A stretch of 64,000 nt of DNA from Obrimoposthia wandeli. Its lineage: Eukaryota. The translations under genes were made by a program, and so were the position numbers. The DNA lies in the NCBI GenBank assembly GCA_977020255.1, contig CDROCS010003797.1:1-64000 (forward strand), in the 5' to 3' direction. The notes beneath the pieces are model-generated. The model saw nothing but the letters and a program-made list of their open reading frames with translations. It had not been told where the DNA came from and made no database searches. Positions 12,257 through 23,029 of the stretch are shown in pieces (the stretch's first letter is position 1; each line of letters starts with the position of its first letter).

Positions 12257-13762
12257 ATGGAGTTCAGTGTAAAGAGTGGCAGTCCAGAAAAGCAACGTAG
12301 CGCCTGTATTGTCGTCGGTGTTTTCGAACCACGTCGTTTGTCGGCGATCGCTGAGCAACTAGATGAAATCAGCGAAGGTTATATCAGTAACTTATTACGT
12401 CGTGGCGATCTCGAAGGCAAGTCAGGACAAATGTTGTTGTTACATCATGTACCAAACATCCTTAGCGAACGCGTATTATTAGTCGGCTGTGGTAAAGAAC
12501 GTGAATTGGACGAGCGCCAATACCGTCAAATTATCAGCAAAACCATTAATACGTTAAATGAAACAGGCTCAATGGAAGCCGTATGTTTCTTATCTGAATT
12601 ACATGTTAAAGGCCGCGATACCTATTGGAAAGTGCGCCAAGCTATTGAAGCAACGCAAGACTGTTTATATAGTTTCAACAGTTTAAAAACGCGTAAAGAA
12701 GAGCCTCGTCGCCCTTTACGTAAAATTGTTTTTAACGTACCAACCCGTCGTGAATTACCGATTGGTGAACGTGCTGTTAATCATGCATTAGCGATTGCGG
12801 AAGGTATTACAACCTGTAAAAACGTCGCGAACATGCCACCAAACATTTGTAATCCTGCCTATTTAGCTGAACAAGCTCGAATTCTGGATAACGATTACGA
12901 CAATGTTACCACTGAAATTGTTGACGAAAAGCAAATGGAAGAACTCGGCATGGGCTCATATTTAGCCGTGGGTCGTGGTTCAGTGAACGAATCGCTGATG
13001 AGCATTATTAAATATAATGGCGCTGGTGATAATTCAAAACCCTTGGTATTAGTGGGTAAAGGGTTAACCTTTGACAGTGGCGGAATTTCATTAAAACCAG
13101 GCGCAGGCATGGATGAAATGAAATACGACATGGGTGGTGCTGCAGGTGTTTTAGGTGCTATGCATGCTCTTGCTGAACTGCAATTACCGATTAATGTTAT
13201 TGGCGTTTTAGCGGGCTGTGAAAACATGCCAAGCAGTAATGCATATCGTCCAGGTGATATTCTCACTACGATGTCAGGCCAAACAGTTGAAGTACTTAAT
13301 ACTGATGCCGAAGGCCGTTTGGTGTTATGTGACGCATTAACCTATGTGGAACGTTTTGATCCTGAATTGGTGATTGATGTTGCTACCTTAACAGGTGCTT
13401 GTGTTGTTGCTTTAGGCGCACACGCCACCGGTTTACTTAGTAGTCATAACCCATTAGCTCACGAGTTACTTAACGCTTCAGAGCAAAGTGGCGACAGAGC
13501 ATGGCGTTTACCGTTATGGGATGATTATCAAGATCAACTTGAAAGCCCATTTGCTGATTTCACCAATTTAGGTGGAAAAGAAGCCGGCACTATTACTGCT
13601 GCTTGTTTCTTAGCACGCTTTACCAAGAAATATAATTGGGCGCACTTAGATATTGCTGGTACAGCATGGCGCGGCGGCAAGAATAAAGGTTCAACAGGTC
13701 GTCCGGTAAGCATGTTAACGCAATTTTTATTAAATCGTGCTGGCGCTGAGCAAGGCGAATAG
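12257..13762 (+). CDS. pepA: Leucyl aminopeptidase
   Basis: [30 protein letters not shown] motifs. Confidence 0.98.
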   Translation: MEFSVKSGSPEKQRSACIVVGVFEPRRLSAIAEQLDEISEGYISNLLRRGDLEGKSGQMLLLHHVPNILSERVLLVGCGKERELDERQYRQIISKTINTLNETGSMEAVCFLSELHVKGRDTYWKVRQAIEATQDCLYSFNSLKTRKEEPRRPLRKIVFNVPTRRELPIGERAVNHALAIAEGITTCKNVANMPPNICNPAYLAEQARILDNDYDNVTTEIVDEKQMEELGMGSYLAVGRGSVNESLMSIIKYNGAGDNSKPLVLVGKGLTFDSGGISLKPGAGMDEMKYDMGGAAGVLGAMHALAELQLPINVIGVLAGCENMPSSNAYRPGDILTTMSGQTVEVLNTDAEGRLVLCDALTYVERFDPELVIDVATLTGACVVALGAHATGLLSSHNPLAHELLNASEQSGDRAWRLPLWDDYQDQLESPFADFTNLGGKEAGTITAACFLARFTKKYNWAHLDIAGTAWRGGKNKGSTGRPVSMLTQFLLNRAGAEQGE

Positions 13763-13792
13763 TTCACTCTGAATTTATACGCGGAATAAGTC

Positions 13793-14269
13793 ATGCAAAC
13801 ACAAGCAATGTTCTACAGCATTGAGGAAGAAAGTAAAGTCGCAGGTGTGTCTGATAAACAGTTACACCTTCACTATGCGTGTTTGCAGGCGGCTTATTTT
13901 TACCGCCAAAATCAGCGGGTATTTATTTATACCCAAGATCAAGAAAGCGCTCATAATATTGATGAAATGTTATGGGCCTTTGATCCCGACAGTTTTGTGC
14001 CACACAATCTTATCGGTGAAGGTCCAAAACAGGGTGCTGCTGTCGAAATTAGCTGGCAGCTCCCGACTAACCGCCGTGCGGTTTTAATCAATTTAACTAG
14101 TGATGTACCCAACTTTGCTAGCCAATTTTCGCATCTGATAGATTTTGTCCCTGCCGAAGAAACACTCAAAGAACAAGCTCGAAATCGTTTTCGAACCTGT
14201 CGTCAATGGGGTTTCAATGTAGCTCACCAAGTGGCTAACGCACCGCAAACTATCGATACAACCAGTTAA
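13793..14269 (+). CDS. holC: DNA polymerase III chi subunit
   Basis: [30 protein letters not shown]; pepA-holC-valS order. Confidence 0.95.
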   Translation: MQTQAMFYSIEEESKVAGVSDKQLHLHYACLQAAYFYRQNQRVFIYTQDQESAHNIDEMLWAFDPDSFVPHNLIGEGPKQGAAVEISWQLPTNRRAVLINLTSDVPNFASQFSHLIDFVPAEETLKEQARNRFRTCRQWGFNVAHQVANAPQTIDTTS

Positions 14270-14291
14270 AAATCTTCTGACGGAAACTCTG

Positions 14292-17162
14292 ATGGAAAAA
14301 ACATTTACCCCCTCTGACATTGAACAATCCCTGTATAAAAGCTGGGAAGAACAAGGTTACTTTAGCCCGACTGGCGAAGGTGATAGCTACAGTATTGCTA
14401 TTCCACCACCGAACGTAACAGGTAGTTTGCACATGGGTCATGCTTTTCAGCAGACTATTATGGACACGCTAATTCGTTACCAACGTATGCAAGGTAAAAA
14501 TACCTTATGGCAAACGGGCTGTGATCACGCGGGTATCGCAACACAAATGGTTGTTGAACGTAAGATTGCCGCTGAAGAAGATAAAACTCGCCACGACTAT
14601 GGCCGTGAAGGCTTTATCGATAAAATTTGGGAGTGGAAAGAAGAGTCTGGCGGTACTATTGGTAAACAAATGCGTCGTCTAGGTAACTCAATCGATTGGA
14701 GCCGTGAACGTTTTACGATGGATGACGGTATGTCTGAAGCGGTACAAGAAGTTTTTGTTCGCTTATTTGAAGACGACCTGATTTATCGCGGTAAACGTTT
14801 AGTGAATTGGGATCCAAAATTCCACACCGCTATTTCTGATTTAGAAGTAGAAAACAAAGATAAAAAAGGCCACATGTGGCACTTGCGTTACCCACTTGCT
14901 GATGGCGCAAAAACGGCTGACGGCCTGGATTATTTAGTGGTAGCAACTACCCGTCCTGAAACTATGCTAGGCGATACTGGTATTGCGGTTAACCCTGAAG
15001 ATCCACGTTATAAAGATTTAATCGGCAAACAAGTATTATTGCCTTTGGTTAATCGTTTAATTCCAATCGTTGGTGATGATCACGCCGATATGGAAAAAGG
15101 CACAGGTTGTGTAAAAATCACCCCTGCGCATGACTTTAACGATAATGAAGTGGGTAAGCGTCATCAACTACCACAAATCAATATTTTTGATAAAGACGCT
15201 GCAGTATTAGCAACAGCTGAAGTTTACGATACTAAAGGTGAAGTGTGCGATGCATACAGCACTGAGTTACCTGCTGAATTTGCTGGCATGGACCGATTTG
15301 TTGCCCGTAAAGCCATTGTGGCTAAGTTCGACGAGTTAGGTTTATTAGTCGAAGTAAAAGAACATGATTTAGTCGCGCCTTACGGCGATCGCTCTGGTGT
15401 TATTATCGAGCCATTATTGACTGACCAATGGTATGTACGTGTTGAAAAATTAGCAGGTCCTGCTGTAGATGCCGTAAAAGACGGTCAAATTGAATTTGTG
15501 CCTAAGCAATACGAAAACATGTATTTTGCTTGGATGAACAATATTCAAGATTGGTGTATTTCTCGTCAACTGTGGTGGGGACATCGTATTCCAGCTTGGT
15601 ACGACGAAAATGGCAAAGTTTATGTTGGCCGTACTGAAGCTGAAGTTCGTGCTAATAACACCATTAGCGACGACATGAAGCTACGCCAAGATGATGATGT
15701 ACTTGATACCTGGTTCTCATCTGCACTTTGGACATTCTCAACTTTAGGATGGCCAAAAGAAACTGAAGATTTAAAAACCTTTCATCCAACGGATGTACTG
15801 GTAACAGGTTTTGACATTATCTTCTTCTGGGTTGCTCGTATGATCATGATGACCATGCATTTCAACAAAGATGAAAATGGTAAGTCACAAATACCGTTTA
15901 AGAAAGTCTACATGACCGGCCTTATTCGCGATGAAAATGGCGATAAAATGAGTAAGTCAAAAGGCAATGTTGTTGATCCATTAGATATGATTGACGGTAT
16001 TTCTCTTGAAGATTTATTACAGAAACGTACCGGTAACATGATGCAGCCTAAATTGGCCGCTAAAATTGAAAAACTGACCCGAAAAGAATATCCAAACGGT
16101 ATTGAAGCCCATGGTACTGATGCCTTGCGTTTCACTTTAACGTCAGTAGCAACCACCGGTCGTGATATCAGCTGGGATATGAAACGTCTTGAAGGTTACC
16201 GTAATTTTACTAATAAATTATGGAATGCCAGTCGTTACGTGATGATGAATACTGAAGAATTTGACTGTGGACGTGCTTCAGCAAACGAACCAGCAGGAGC
16301 AATGGAGTTTTCATTAGCTGATCGCTGGATTATGGGGCAATTTCAACAAACGGTTAAAACGGTTCATGAAGCATTTGACTCTTATCGTTTTGATTTAGCT
16401 TCACAAGCCTTGTACGAATTTACCTGGAACCAATTCTGTGACTGGTACTTAGAGTTAACTAAACCGGTGCTATTTAAAGGCAATGAAGCGCAGCAGCGCG
16501 GAACACGTCATACCTTAGTGACCGTTTTAGAAGCGTTATTACGTTTAATGCACCCTATTATGCCGTTTATCACTGAAACCATTTGGCAACGCGTCGTACC
16601 TTTGACTAACTTTGAAAAAACTGGCGATAGCATTATGATCCAAAGCTTCCCGCAGTTTGACGAGAGTCAGTGTGACCAAACCGCTATTGGTGATTTAGAA
16701 TGGGTTAAACAGTTCATTGTTGCTATTCGTAATATTCGCGGCGAAATGGATATTGCTCCTAGCAAGCCATTACCTGTACTTTTGAAAAATGTTAATGCTG
16801 ACGATCAACGTCGCTTGTCTGAAAATGAGCAATTTATTAGTGCACTAGCTAAGCTTGAAAGTATTACGGTACTAGCTAATGATGATAATGGCCCCGCTTC
16901 TGCAACCGCTGTCGTTGGTGATTTATCAGTATTAATACCGATGGCTGGTTTAATCGATAAAGACGCAGAATTAGCGCGTTTAGATAAAGCGATTGATAAG
17001 TTAACAAAAGACGCTGATCGTGTACGCGGCAAGCTTAGTAATGCAAACTTTGTTGATAAAGCACCGGAAGCGGTTATTAATAAAGAGAAAGCAAAATTAG
17101 CTGAAGCCGAGTCTACCTTAGCTAAAATGGTTGACCAGAAAGTACAAATAGCAGACATGTAA
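14292..17162 (+). CDS. valS: Valine--tRNA ligase
   Basis: [13 protein letters not shown] (HIGH), KMSKS, C-terminal coiled arm. Confidence 0.99.
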   Translation: MEKTFTPSDIEQSLYKSWEEQGYFSPTGEGDSYSIAIPPPNVTGSLHMGHAFQQTIMDTLIRYQRMQGKNTLWQTGCDHAGIATQMVVERKIAAEEDKTRHDYGREGFIDKIWEWKEESGGTIGKQMRRLGNSIDWSRERFTMDDGMSEAVQEVFVRLFEDDLIYRGKRLVNWDPKFHTAISDLEVENKDKKGHMWHLRYPLADGAKTADGLDYLVVATTRPETMLGDTGIAVNPEDPRYKDLIGKQVLLPLVNRLIPIVGDDHADMEKGTGCVKITPAHDFNDNEVGKRHQLPQINIFDKDAAVLATAEVYDTKGEVCDAYSTELPAEFAGMDRFVARKAIVAKFDELGLLVEVKEHDLVAPYGDRSGVIIEPLLTDQWYVRVEKLAGPAVDAVKDGQIEFVPKQYENMYFAWMNNIQDWCISRQLWWGHRIPAWYDENGKVYVGRTEAEVRANNTISDDMKLRQDDDVLDTWFSSALWTFSTLGWPKETEDLKTFHPTDVLVTGFDIIFFWVARMIMMTMHFNKDENGKSQIPFKKVYMTGLIRDENGDKMSKSKGNVVDPLDMIDGISLEDLLQKRTGNMMQPKLAAKIEKLTRKEYPNGIEAHGTDALRFTLTSVATTGRDISWDMKRLEGYRNFTNKLWNASRYVMMNTEEFDCGRASANEPAGAMEFSLADRWIMGQFQQTVKTVHEAFDSYRFDLASQALYEFTWNQFCDWYLELTKPVLFKGNEAQQRGTRHTLVTVLEALLRLMHPIMPFITETIWQRVVPLTNFEKTGDSIMIQSFPQFDESQCDQTAIGDLEWVKQFIVAIRNIRGEMDIAPSKPLPVLLKNVNADDQRRLSENEQFISALAKLESITVLANDDNGPASATAVVGDLSVLIPMAGLIDKDAELARLDKAIDKLTKDADRVRGKLSNANFVDKAPEAVINKEKAKLAEAESTLAKMVDQKVQIADM

Positions 17163-17185
17163 TTCTTTTGTAACAAGTTAGTGAT

Positions 17186-17215
17186 AAAAGCCAGCATCTT
17201 AGCTGGCTTTTTTTT
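17186..17215 (+). terminator. Intrinsic terminator after valS
   Basis: AAAAGCCAGC/GCTGGCTTTT stem plus T run. Confidence 0.85.
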
Positions 17216-17470
17216 GTCATAAAAAAGTAAAGTAAAGTTCATTTTTTATAGAGATTCCTAAAACTTAATGTGTTAATATCTTTTTGCGTTGAGTTTTTGC
17301 GTTTCGGGATAAGGAGAGATTTTAAGTCAATAGACTTTTAATCAGCCTAGACGCTTTAATATGTGTTACTGGAAACCTTTCTCTACTTGTATTTTATAGG
17401 TAGGGAGCATTTACTCCGCATATGGCCATTTTGGCTAAACTTTAATTTTTGATCTGCGAGAAATGTTAGT

Positions 17471-17680
17471 ATGTCTGATACAGTAACTGGTAAAGTAAAA
17501 TTTTTTAACGAATCTAAAGGATTCGGTTTCATCGAGCAAGAGAACGGCGCTGACGTTTTTGTTCACTTTAGTGCAATCTCTGGTGACGGTTTCCGTACTT
17601 TGACTGATGGTCAAGCGGTAACTTTCAGCGTAAAACAAGGCCAAAAAGGTCCTGAAGCTGAAAACGTAGTTGCATCTTAA
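17471..17680 (+). CDS. Cold-shock protein (CspA family)
   Basis: [12 protein letters not shown] (RNP1), VFVHFSAI (RNP2); 69 aa. Confidence 0.97.
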   Translation: MSDTVTGKVKFFNESKGFGFIEQENGADVFVHFSAISGDGFRTLTDGQAVTFSVKQGQKGPEAENVVAS

Positions 17681-17723
17681 TTTAAGATGTAAGCTTATCT
17701 TTAGCTTTGACTAAAGATTAAAT

Positions 17724-17752
17724 AAAAAACGAAACTTATGTTTCGTTTTTTT
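17724..17752 (+). terminator. Intrinsic terminator after csp
   Basis: AAAAAACGAAAC/GTTTCGTTTTTT stem plus T run. Confidence 0.8.
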
Positions 17753-18011
17753 GTTTCTAGCGCTAGAAAAATTTAGCCTTCTATATTCTTGCCACCTCTT
17801 ATATTCTTACACCTTTATTACATGCTACTTTTTATAATAAGCATAGAAAGCTAGTTTTCGACTTCTGTTATGCCCAATAGCCAATTTAGATAACTTGAAC
17901 TCTGGATAATGTGTGGATCGTCAAACATAATGAAAAATGCATCACACGATGAGAAAATTTAACATTTAAGTTACACCTGAGGAAAATTTTGTAACTCATC
18001 AACGATCCAAT

Positions 18012-18041
18012 AAGGTCAGCAAAGATACGAAACCGGACATT
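18012..18041 (+). repeat. ~30-bp imperfect palindrome, copy 1
   Basis: AAGGTCAGCAAAGATACGAAACCGGACATT; shares TAAGGTCAGC and the terminal CATT with the copy at 19636. Confidence 0.5.
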
Positions 18042-18176
18042 AGACTTTGCTTTAACCACCTAATTCTGGCAATCTCAATTAATCCGACATAGCTGGGGCT
18101 GACATTTTTATTTTACTGTAATTTAAAATTTTAATAGTTTGTCACTGAGTAATTACGAACTTGAAAACTAAAAACA

Positions 18177-19460
18177 TTAGTTAAACAGGCTTTGTTTTTC
18201 TTCCTCTAATATCGCACTTGCTCTTAATTTTTCGTTCATTTTTACTTTATCTATAATAAAAGGTTCATTTGAGTCAAAAATAAAATTAGTATTAAACTTA
18301 GAGCCGTCAGGTTTAGTGATTAAATTACCTTTTGGTATATGGAAATCAAATTTATAAGCCAGTTCACTTCTTAATTCACCTGAACCTATTTTGTATTTTT
18401 TAAATAATTTTGATATTTCAGGGCTTGTATTTTTATCTTGGATTGTTTCAATAAGACCGTCAGAAGCACAAACACCATCATAATCATCTTGACATGCTAT
18501 GGCATATTTAAGAAATTCTAGTTCCTTTTCACCAAGATTATTTGCTGGCAAAGATAATAGTTCATAAGTTCTATTAGAAATAATACCTTCGTCTAGTGCT
18601 GAATCCATATTGTTTATTACATACTCTAGAACAGGCTTAAATACCTCTAGTGCTGGCTTTCCACCATAGCCAAATAGTAATATCGATCGAATCGTTTTAT
18701 CTAAACTAAACCCTAAATCTTCCTGCAACTTTACCTGATAAATATCTTTGATAGCTTTACCAGCAGTATCGTTCGGTGATTTATTATAATCATTTATTTC
18801 ACTTGTAATTTTTTTTGCTAATACTTTTAAATTATCTTGGCTCATAGGGTATGGTGAATCATTATCCCCACCAAAAGCACCAAAATTGTAGCCTAAAATC
18901 ACAAGCATTAAACAAAATAAAACCCCTAATACAGATGGAAGAAGACCTTTTACTTTATTGAAATCTACCAGTCTTGTTATCTCATTTGTTAAGTCAATAC
19001 CTTTGCCTTTTAGCTTATTTTTAATAGCATCGGTATTAATGTTACTAAGTTTATCACCAACAAAATGCAATGATTCGCTCACTAAAACAGCCTGACTCTC
19101 AAGATTACTGCCACAATGCTTACAGCATTTCTTTCCATCTACCAATATTTCGAAATCTACATTTGAACTATCTGTTTTAATGACTTCTTGAGATGATACG
19201 GCATCAGAGACTGATACTTCTTTTACGATATCTGTAATGATCCCAACAGAAGATAATTTCCCATGTACTTGCTGTGCCTGTTCTTGATTAAGGTTCTTTT
19301 TAAGAGCATAAGCTTTACCATTTAAAAGCTGTTCTGCTTTAGATTCAGGGAGTTTAAGGAATTTCGCCAAAAGTGTAGCTATTTTAACAATGTCTGTTCC
19401 TTCAACAACCCGACCTTTAAAAATGATTTTGTAAGATTCCATACACTGTTCAGCATCCAT
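18177..19460 (-). CDS. Hypothetical single-pass membrane protein (427 aa)
   Basis: Long ORF, visibly AT-richer than neighbours. N-terminal ~75-aa alpha/beta domain, CCKHCG, TM helix LLPSVLGVLFCLMLVILGY, long extracytoplasmic C-terminus. Confidence 0.8.
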   Translation of the reverse strand: MDAEQCMESYKIIFKGRVVEGTDIVKIATLLAKFLKLPESKAEQLLNGKAYALKKNLNQEQAQQVHGKLSSVGIITDIVKEVSVSDAVSSQEVIKTDSSNVDFEILVDGKKCCKHCGSNLESQAVLVSESLHFVGDKLSNINTDAIKNKLKGKGIDLTNEITRLVDFNKVKGLLPSVLGVLFCLMLVILGYNFGAFGGDNDSPYPMSQDNLKVLAKKITSEINDYNKSPNDTAGKAIKDIYQVKLQEDLGFSLDKTIRSILLFGYGGKPALEVFKPVLEYVINNMDSALDEGIISNRTYELLSLPANNLGEKELEFLKYAIACQDDYDGVCASDGLIETIQDKNTSPEISKLFKKYKIGSGELRSELAYKFDFHIPKGNLITKPDGSKFNTNFIFDSNEPFIIDKVKMNEKLRASAILEEEKQSLFN

Positions 19461-19590
19461 TTTGCTTCCTAATCCCTATGATATATAAAGGTATTATATA
19501 GAGCATCTTGTTATTAACAATACTGTCATTCTAAAATTACAAACTGTTAAGTGAAATCAGGGAAGTCCAAAGAATAAACGAGTAGCCCTT

Positions 19591-19666
19591 AACAACCGCT
19601 TTAGGCTCTGAACTGCCGTTAGTAACTCAAAAGCTAAGGTCAGCTATTGGCTAATAAGCGACCATT
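19591..19666 (+). repeat. Two tandem ~30-bp imperfect palindromes (copies 2 and 3)
   Basis: AACAACCGCTTTAGGCTCTGAACTGCCGTT (19591-19620) and AAGGTCAGCTATTGGCTAATAAGCGACCATT (19636-19666). Confidence 0.5.
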
Positions 19667-19794
19667 CAGTACATAGCTTAGGAGGTTTTTAAATTTTCTT
19701 ATTTTTTGTGACGTTTTTTATAGTTTTCTCACAACTTTTGACGTAAATTTTTCAATTGATTTAACTCAATCTAGTTACAGCCAAGAAAATCCTG

Positions 19795-19813
19795 AACGAG
19801 AATTCTCATTATC
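19795..19813 (-). promoter_or_regulatory. Putative Fur box
   Basis: Minus strand GATAATGAGAATTCTCGTT, 13/19 match to GATAATGATAATCATTATC with a perfect first half. Confidence 0.4.
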
Positions 19814-20012
19814 AATGAAGATCCACAAATGAGTGCTTTATGGTTAAGTAAAATAAATCACTTAAACTCTACGATGAAGTTGAAGTTAAACTAATGATAT
19901 ACACTATCAATGTTTAATTTTATGCCATTATCAAGGCGAAGCACTGATAAATAGCGGGCTGTTTGTCGCGGTTGTAACGCTGAGATGGGATAAAAAGAAA
20001 TATTGAGCAAGT

Positions 20013-20097
20013 ACTGCTTATCCAGAGTACGGGTTAAATAGTTCATCTAAGACAGTGTCAAAGCTAAGCTATTTAATCGGCTCTTTGGATAAGCAGT
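20013..20097. repeat. Imperfect 29-bp inverted repeat just downstream of hemH
   Basis: ACTGCTTATCCA...TTAAATAG versus CTATTTAA...TGGATAAGCAGT (12-bp and 8-bp perfect blocks), 27-nt spacer. Confidence 0.7.
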
Positions 20098-20104
20098 CAA
20101 AAAA

Positions 20105-21124
20105 CTACTTATTGATATGCGGCTCGATTAAGTCCACCATCGCATCAATATGTAAGTCGTCGTCATTCAATGCGGCAATATAGTGGTATTTCTCTCCGCC
20201 AGCAGCAATAAATACGTCTTTATTTTCGTGCACAAGTTCTTCTAAAGTTTCTAAACAGTCTGCGCTGAAAGCCGGGCTGATAATAGCTACATGTTTATTA
20301 CCTTCTTGCGCCAATGTTGCTAATGTTTCATCGGTATATGGCTTAAGCCATTCTGCCTTGCCAAAACGAGACTGAAAGGTCATGACATAATCATCTTTGT
20401 CAAAACCAAGTGCTTCAACCACTAAACGCGTAGTTTTATGGCTGAAACAATAATAGGGATCGCCCTGCTCTAAAAAATATTTTGGCATGCCGTGATATGA
20501 AAAAACCAGTTTATCTGGCTTGCCATGTATTTCGATATGTCGAGTGATACTGGCCGCTAATGCTTTTATATACAAAGGCTGATCATGATAGCCACTTTGA
20601 AAGTGCACACTTGGGATCCAGCGCCAAGTTTTAATTTTGTTAAAAACAGCATCAAAAGTTGAGCCCGTTGTTGGACCTGCATATTGCGGATAAAGAGGTA
20701 GCACCACAATATTGTTTACGCCTTGCTCTTGGAAGCTTTCTAACGCATTCGCAATCGAGGGTGTACCATAGCGCATCGCAACATCAACAAGCACCTTATC
20801 ACCATATTTTTCGGTCAGCCTTTTTTCAACTTTTGCTTTTTGTTGCTTGCTAATGACCAATAATGGTGAGCCTTCATCAGTCCAAATACTTTCATATAGC
20901 TTGGCTGATTTTTTAGGTCGAACACGTAAAATAATACCGTGTAATATCATTAACCAAACTAAGCGCGGGATCTCAACCACACGAGGATCAGATAAAAACT
21001 CACGCAAATAACGCCTTAGTGCTCCTGCTGTTGGGCTATCTGGCGTACCTAAGTTAGTAAGTAGCACACCTGTTTTTGCGCTAAAATCGTGAATTTTTTT
21101 GGTTTTTCCTGCGTACCTTGACAT
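20105..21124 (-). CDS. hemH: Ferrochelatase
   Basis: LLTNLGTPD, AMRYGTP, PLYPQY, FSYHG, FQSRFG, DCLETLEE motifs. Confidence 0.98.
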   Translation of the reverse strand: MSRYAGKTKKIHDFSAKTGVLLTNLGTPDSPTAGALRRYLREFLSDPRVVEIPRLVWLMILHGIILRVRPKKSAKLYESIWTDEGSPLLVISKQQKAKVEKRLTEKYGDKVLVDVAMRYGTPSIANALESFQEQGVNNIVVLPLYPQYAGPTTGSTFDAVFNKIKTWRWIPSVHFQSGYHDQPLYIKALAASITRHIEIHGKPDKLVFSYHGMPKYFLEQGDPYYCFSHKTTRLVVEALGFDKDDYVMTFQSRFGKAEWLKPYTDETLATLAQEGNKHVAIISPAFSADCLETLEELVHENKDVFIAAGGEKYHYIAALNDDDLHIDAMVDLIEPHINK

Positions 21125-21133
21125 AAAATTTCT

Positions 21134-21724
21134 CTACAAAATGGCGTGAACAGCGTTAATAAAAACGTCTGAATCTGGGGTTATTCGACTATTAAAATGT
21201 TTTATAGTTTTACCATCGGCACTGATCAAGTATTTATAAAAATTCCACTTCGGTGCCGTCGTTTTATCCGCTAACTTACTAAAAACTGGGTGGGCATCAC
21301 TGCCAAACACATGCACAGGCGACAACATAGTAAACGTGACCCCATAATTGACGAAACAAATATCTGCCGTGTCTTTTTCGTTATCTTCTTCTTGAAAAAA
21401 ATCATCTGAAGGAAAACCAATCACCACTAAGCCCTGGTCTTTATATGCTTTATGCACTGCTTCAAGTGCAGTAAATTGCGGCGTAAAACCACAGTGGCTG
21501 GCAGTATTCACAATTAATATCGGTTTTCCGGCGGTTAACTCACAAAGGTCGAGCATATCTTTAGCATGTAATTTTTTTTCACTGTGCTGCATAAAAGGCA
21601 AGCATGTTGTTGGTTCGGCACCATTAGTCGCATTAGCAGCTGTATCAGCAATACTAACGTTTGCTTTTACATCAGTGAACAATGCGCTTAATACGAATGT
21701 GGTGACCAAGCATAATTTTTTCAT
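21134..21724 (-). CDS. Glutathione peroxidase family protein with signal peptide
   Basis: VNTASHCGFTPQF, GFPSDDFFQE, PKWNFYKYL. Confidence 0.93.
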   Translation of the reverse strand: MKKLCLVTTFVLSALFTDVKANVSIADTAANATNGAEPTTCLPFMQHSEKKLHAKDMLDLCELTAGKPILIVNTASHCGFTPQFTALEAVHKAYKDQGLVVIGFPSDDFFQEEDNEKDTADICFVNYGVTFTMLSPVHVFGSDAHPVFSKLADKTTAPKWNFYKYLISADGKTIKHFNSRITPDSDVFINAVHAIL

Positions 21725-21873
21725 TTGTTTCCTTCGAGCACACGCTGTGGTGCTAACTATGTCGTTATATTATCGTAGTTATCTAAGCAAAGGAATGAAC
21801 CATAGCAGCGATAATGTTTGGAGTAATGTCGTCAGCAATAACACAAAGCAGATACACTAAGCCCTTGGTGCTT

Positions 21874-21900
21874 ATACGTAAAGACAAAAAAAATCGATCA
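21874..21900 (-). promoter_or_regulatory. Putative RpoE2/ChrR-type ECF sigma promoter for the gpx-hemH operon
   Basis: Minus strand TGATCG-N16-CGTAT, close to the TGATCC-N16/18-CGTA consensus. Confidence 0.55.
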
Positions 21901-22021
21901 CTAAACATTAGCCTATAAGCAGCGTATTTATAAATCTGTGGGCGTTAAAAGAATATCAGTGCTATAAAAAACGGCTTATTAAACCGTTTTCTAAAGTCAT
22001 TATCATAAAGTAATATTTTTA

Positions 22022-23029
22022 ACGCCGTGCGCGACTTAAACACATATCACATGCTCAAGTTGTAACGGCTTATTATGTAGCTTAACGTTAGCAAGCATAC
22101 CTAACCCATGAGCTAGCATTTTCCGACTGAATCGCCCTACCAACGTCCAACTTTTTCTAGCCCACACTTTATTCATATTAAATTGTCCCGTTAATTGACC
22201 TATAACTGTTTCAACTAACCGACGCGTTTTATTGAGAAAAGTGCGTTCTGCTTTCGGTAACGGGTCAGTCATATTATGCCGAACAGGTGTTTCCAATGTA
22301 ATGTCTTGTTCATCGCGTAAATCTTTCTTTAACGACGCTGACAAATAACCTTTATCGCCTAATAATAGCGTTGAATGTATGCCTTTGGTTAATTCCCAAA
22401 CCGCCTCTCTTTCGCTACCTGCTGCTTCAGTAAAGGTGAAGCTAGTGATGTTTCCTTGGCTATCAACAAGTAAGTGTCCTTTGAAACCGTAATAGGTTTC
22501 CGATTTACTCGCGCAATATCCATAGCCAGCTTCACCTTTAAAGTTTTGACTCTTCTTTGCTCGTTTGAAATGCGCCGTAGTTATTGGGAAACCATCGACA
22601 ATATGACAAACAGAATTTTCCTTATATTTACTACTCAATCGTACTTGAAGTAGCTGCTTTACATGCCATAAATTAGCGGCTTGCTTAGCAAAACTTGACC
22701 GTGAAGAAAGTTTAGGAAACCATGATTGCCAATGAGTTTTGAAGTATTTCCAGATCCCTTTATCGGTATCGAATGAAATAAACTCACCAACAATCTCCAT
22801 GGTGATAACCTCAATGTCGCTTAAAGCGGGTTCGAACCCGCGTTTTCTAATGTTAGTTTCACCTAAAATTTCAATGTGATTTTCATCTACCCAACAATAA
22901 ACCCAGATGATAAACTCTTCTAATGGCATGTTCTAAATCGCTTTATAATGTTTTTTGGCGATTACTATATAAAGTTAGAACATGCCTTTTTCAACCTTTA
23001 TCACGAAATTTTAAAGTCGCGCACGGCGT
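22022..23029 (-). mobile_element. IS982-family insertion sequence (1008 bp, apparently intact)
   Basis: Perfect terminal IRs ACGCCGTGCGCGACTT (22022-22037 and 23014-23029); near-identical flanks TATTTTTA / TATTTTAA (candidate target duplication); single transposase ORF. Confidence 0.9.
22036..22929 (-). CDS. IS982-family DDE transposase
   Basis: LSDIEVIT, WFPKL.SRSSF, IVDGFP, YYGFKGHL, LLGDKGY, RRLVETVIGQL. Confidence 0.92.
   Translation of the reverse strand: MPLEEFIIWVYCWVDENHIEILGETNIRKRGFEPALSDIEVITMEIVGEFISFDTDKGIWKYFKTHWQSWFPKLSSRSSFAKQAANLWHVKQLLQVRLSSKYKENSVCHIVDGFPITTAHFKRAKKSQNFKGEAGYGYCASKSETYYGFKGHLLVDSQGNITSFTFTEAAGSEREAVWELTKGIHSTLLLGDKGYLSASLKKDLRDEQDITLETPVRHNMTDPLPKAERTFLNKTRRLVETVIGQLTGQFNMNKVWARKSWTLVGRFSRKMLAHGLGMLANVKLHNKPLQLEHVICV

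Noticed and set aside
18067-18103. Possible IS21-like end (minus strand TGTCAGCCCCAGCTATGTCGG)
   Set aside because: Only the first ~10 nt resemble IS21 IRs and no partner end or transposase was found.
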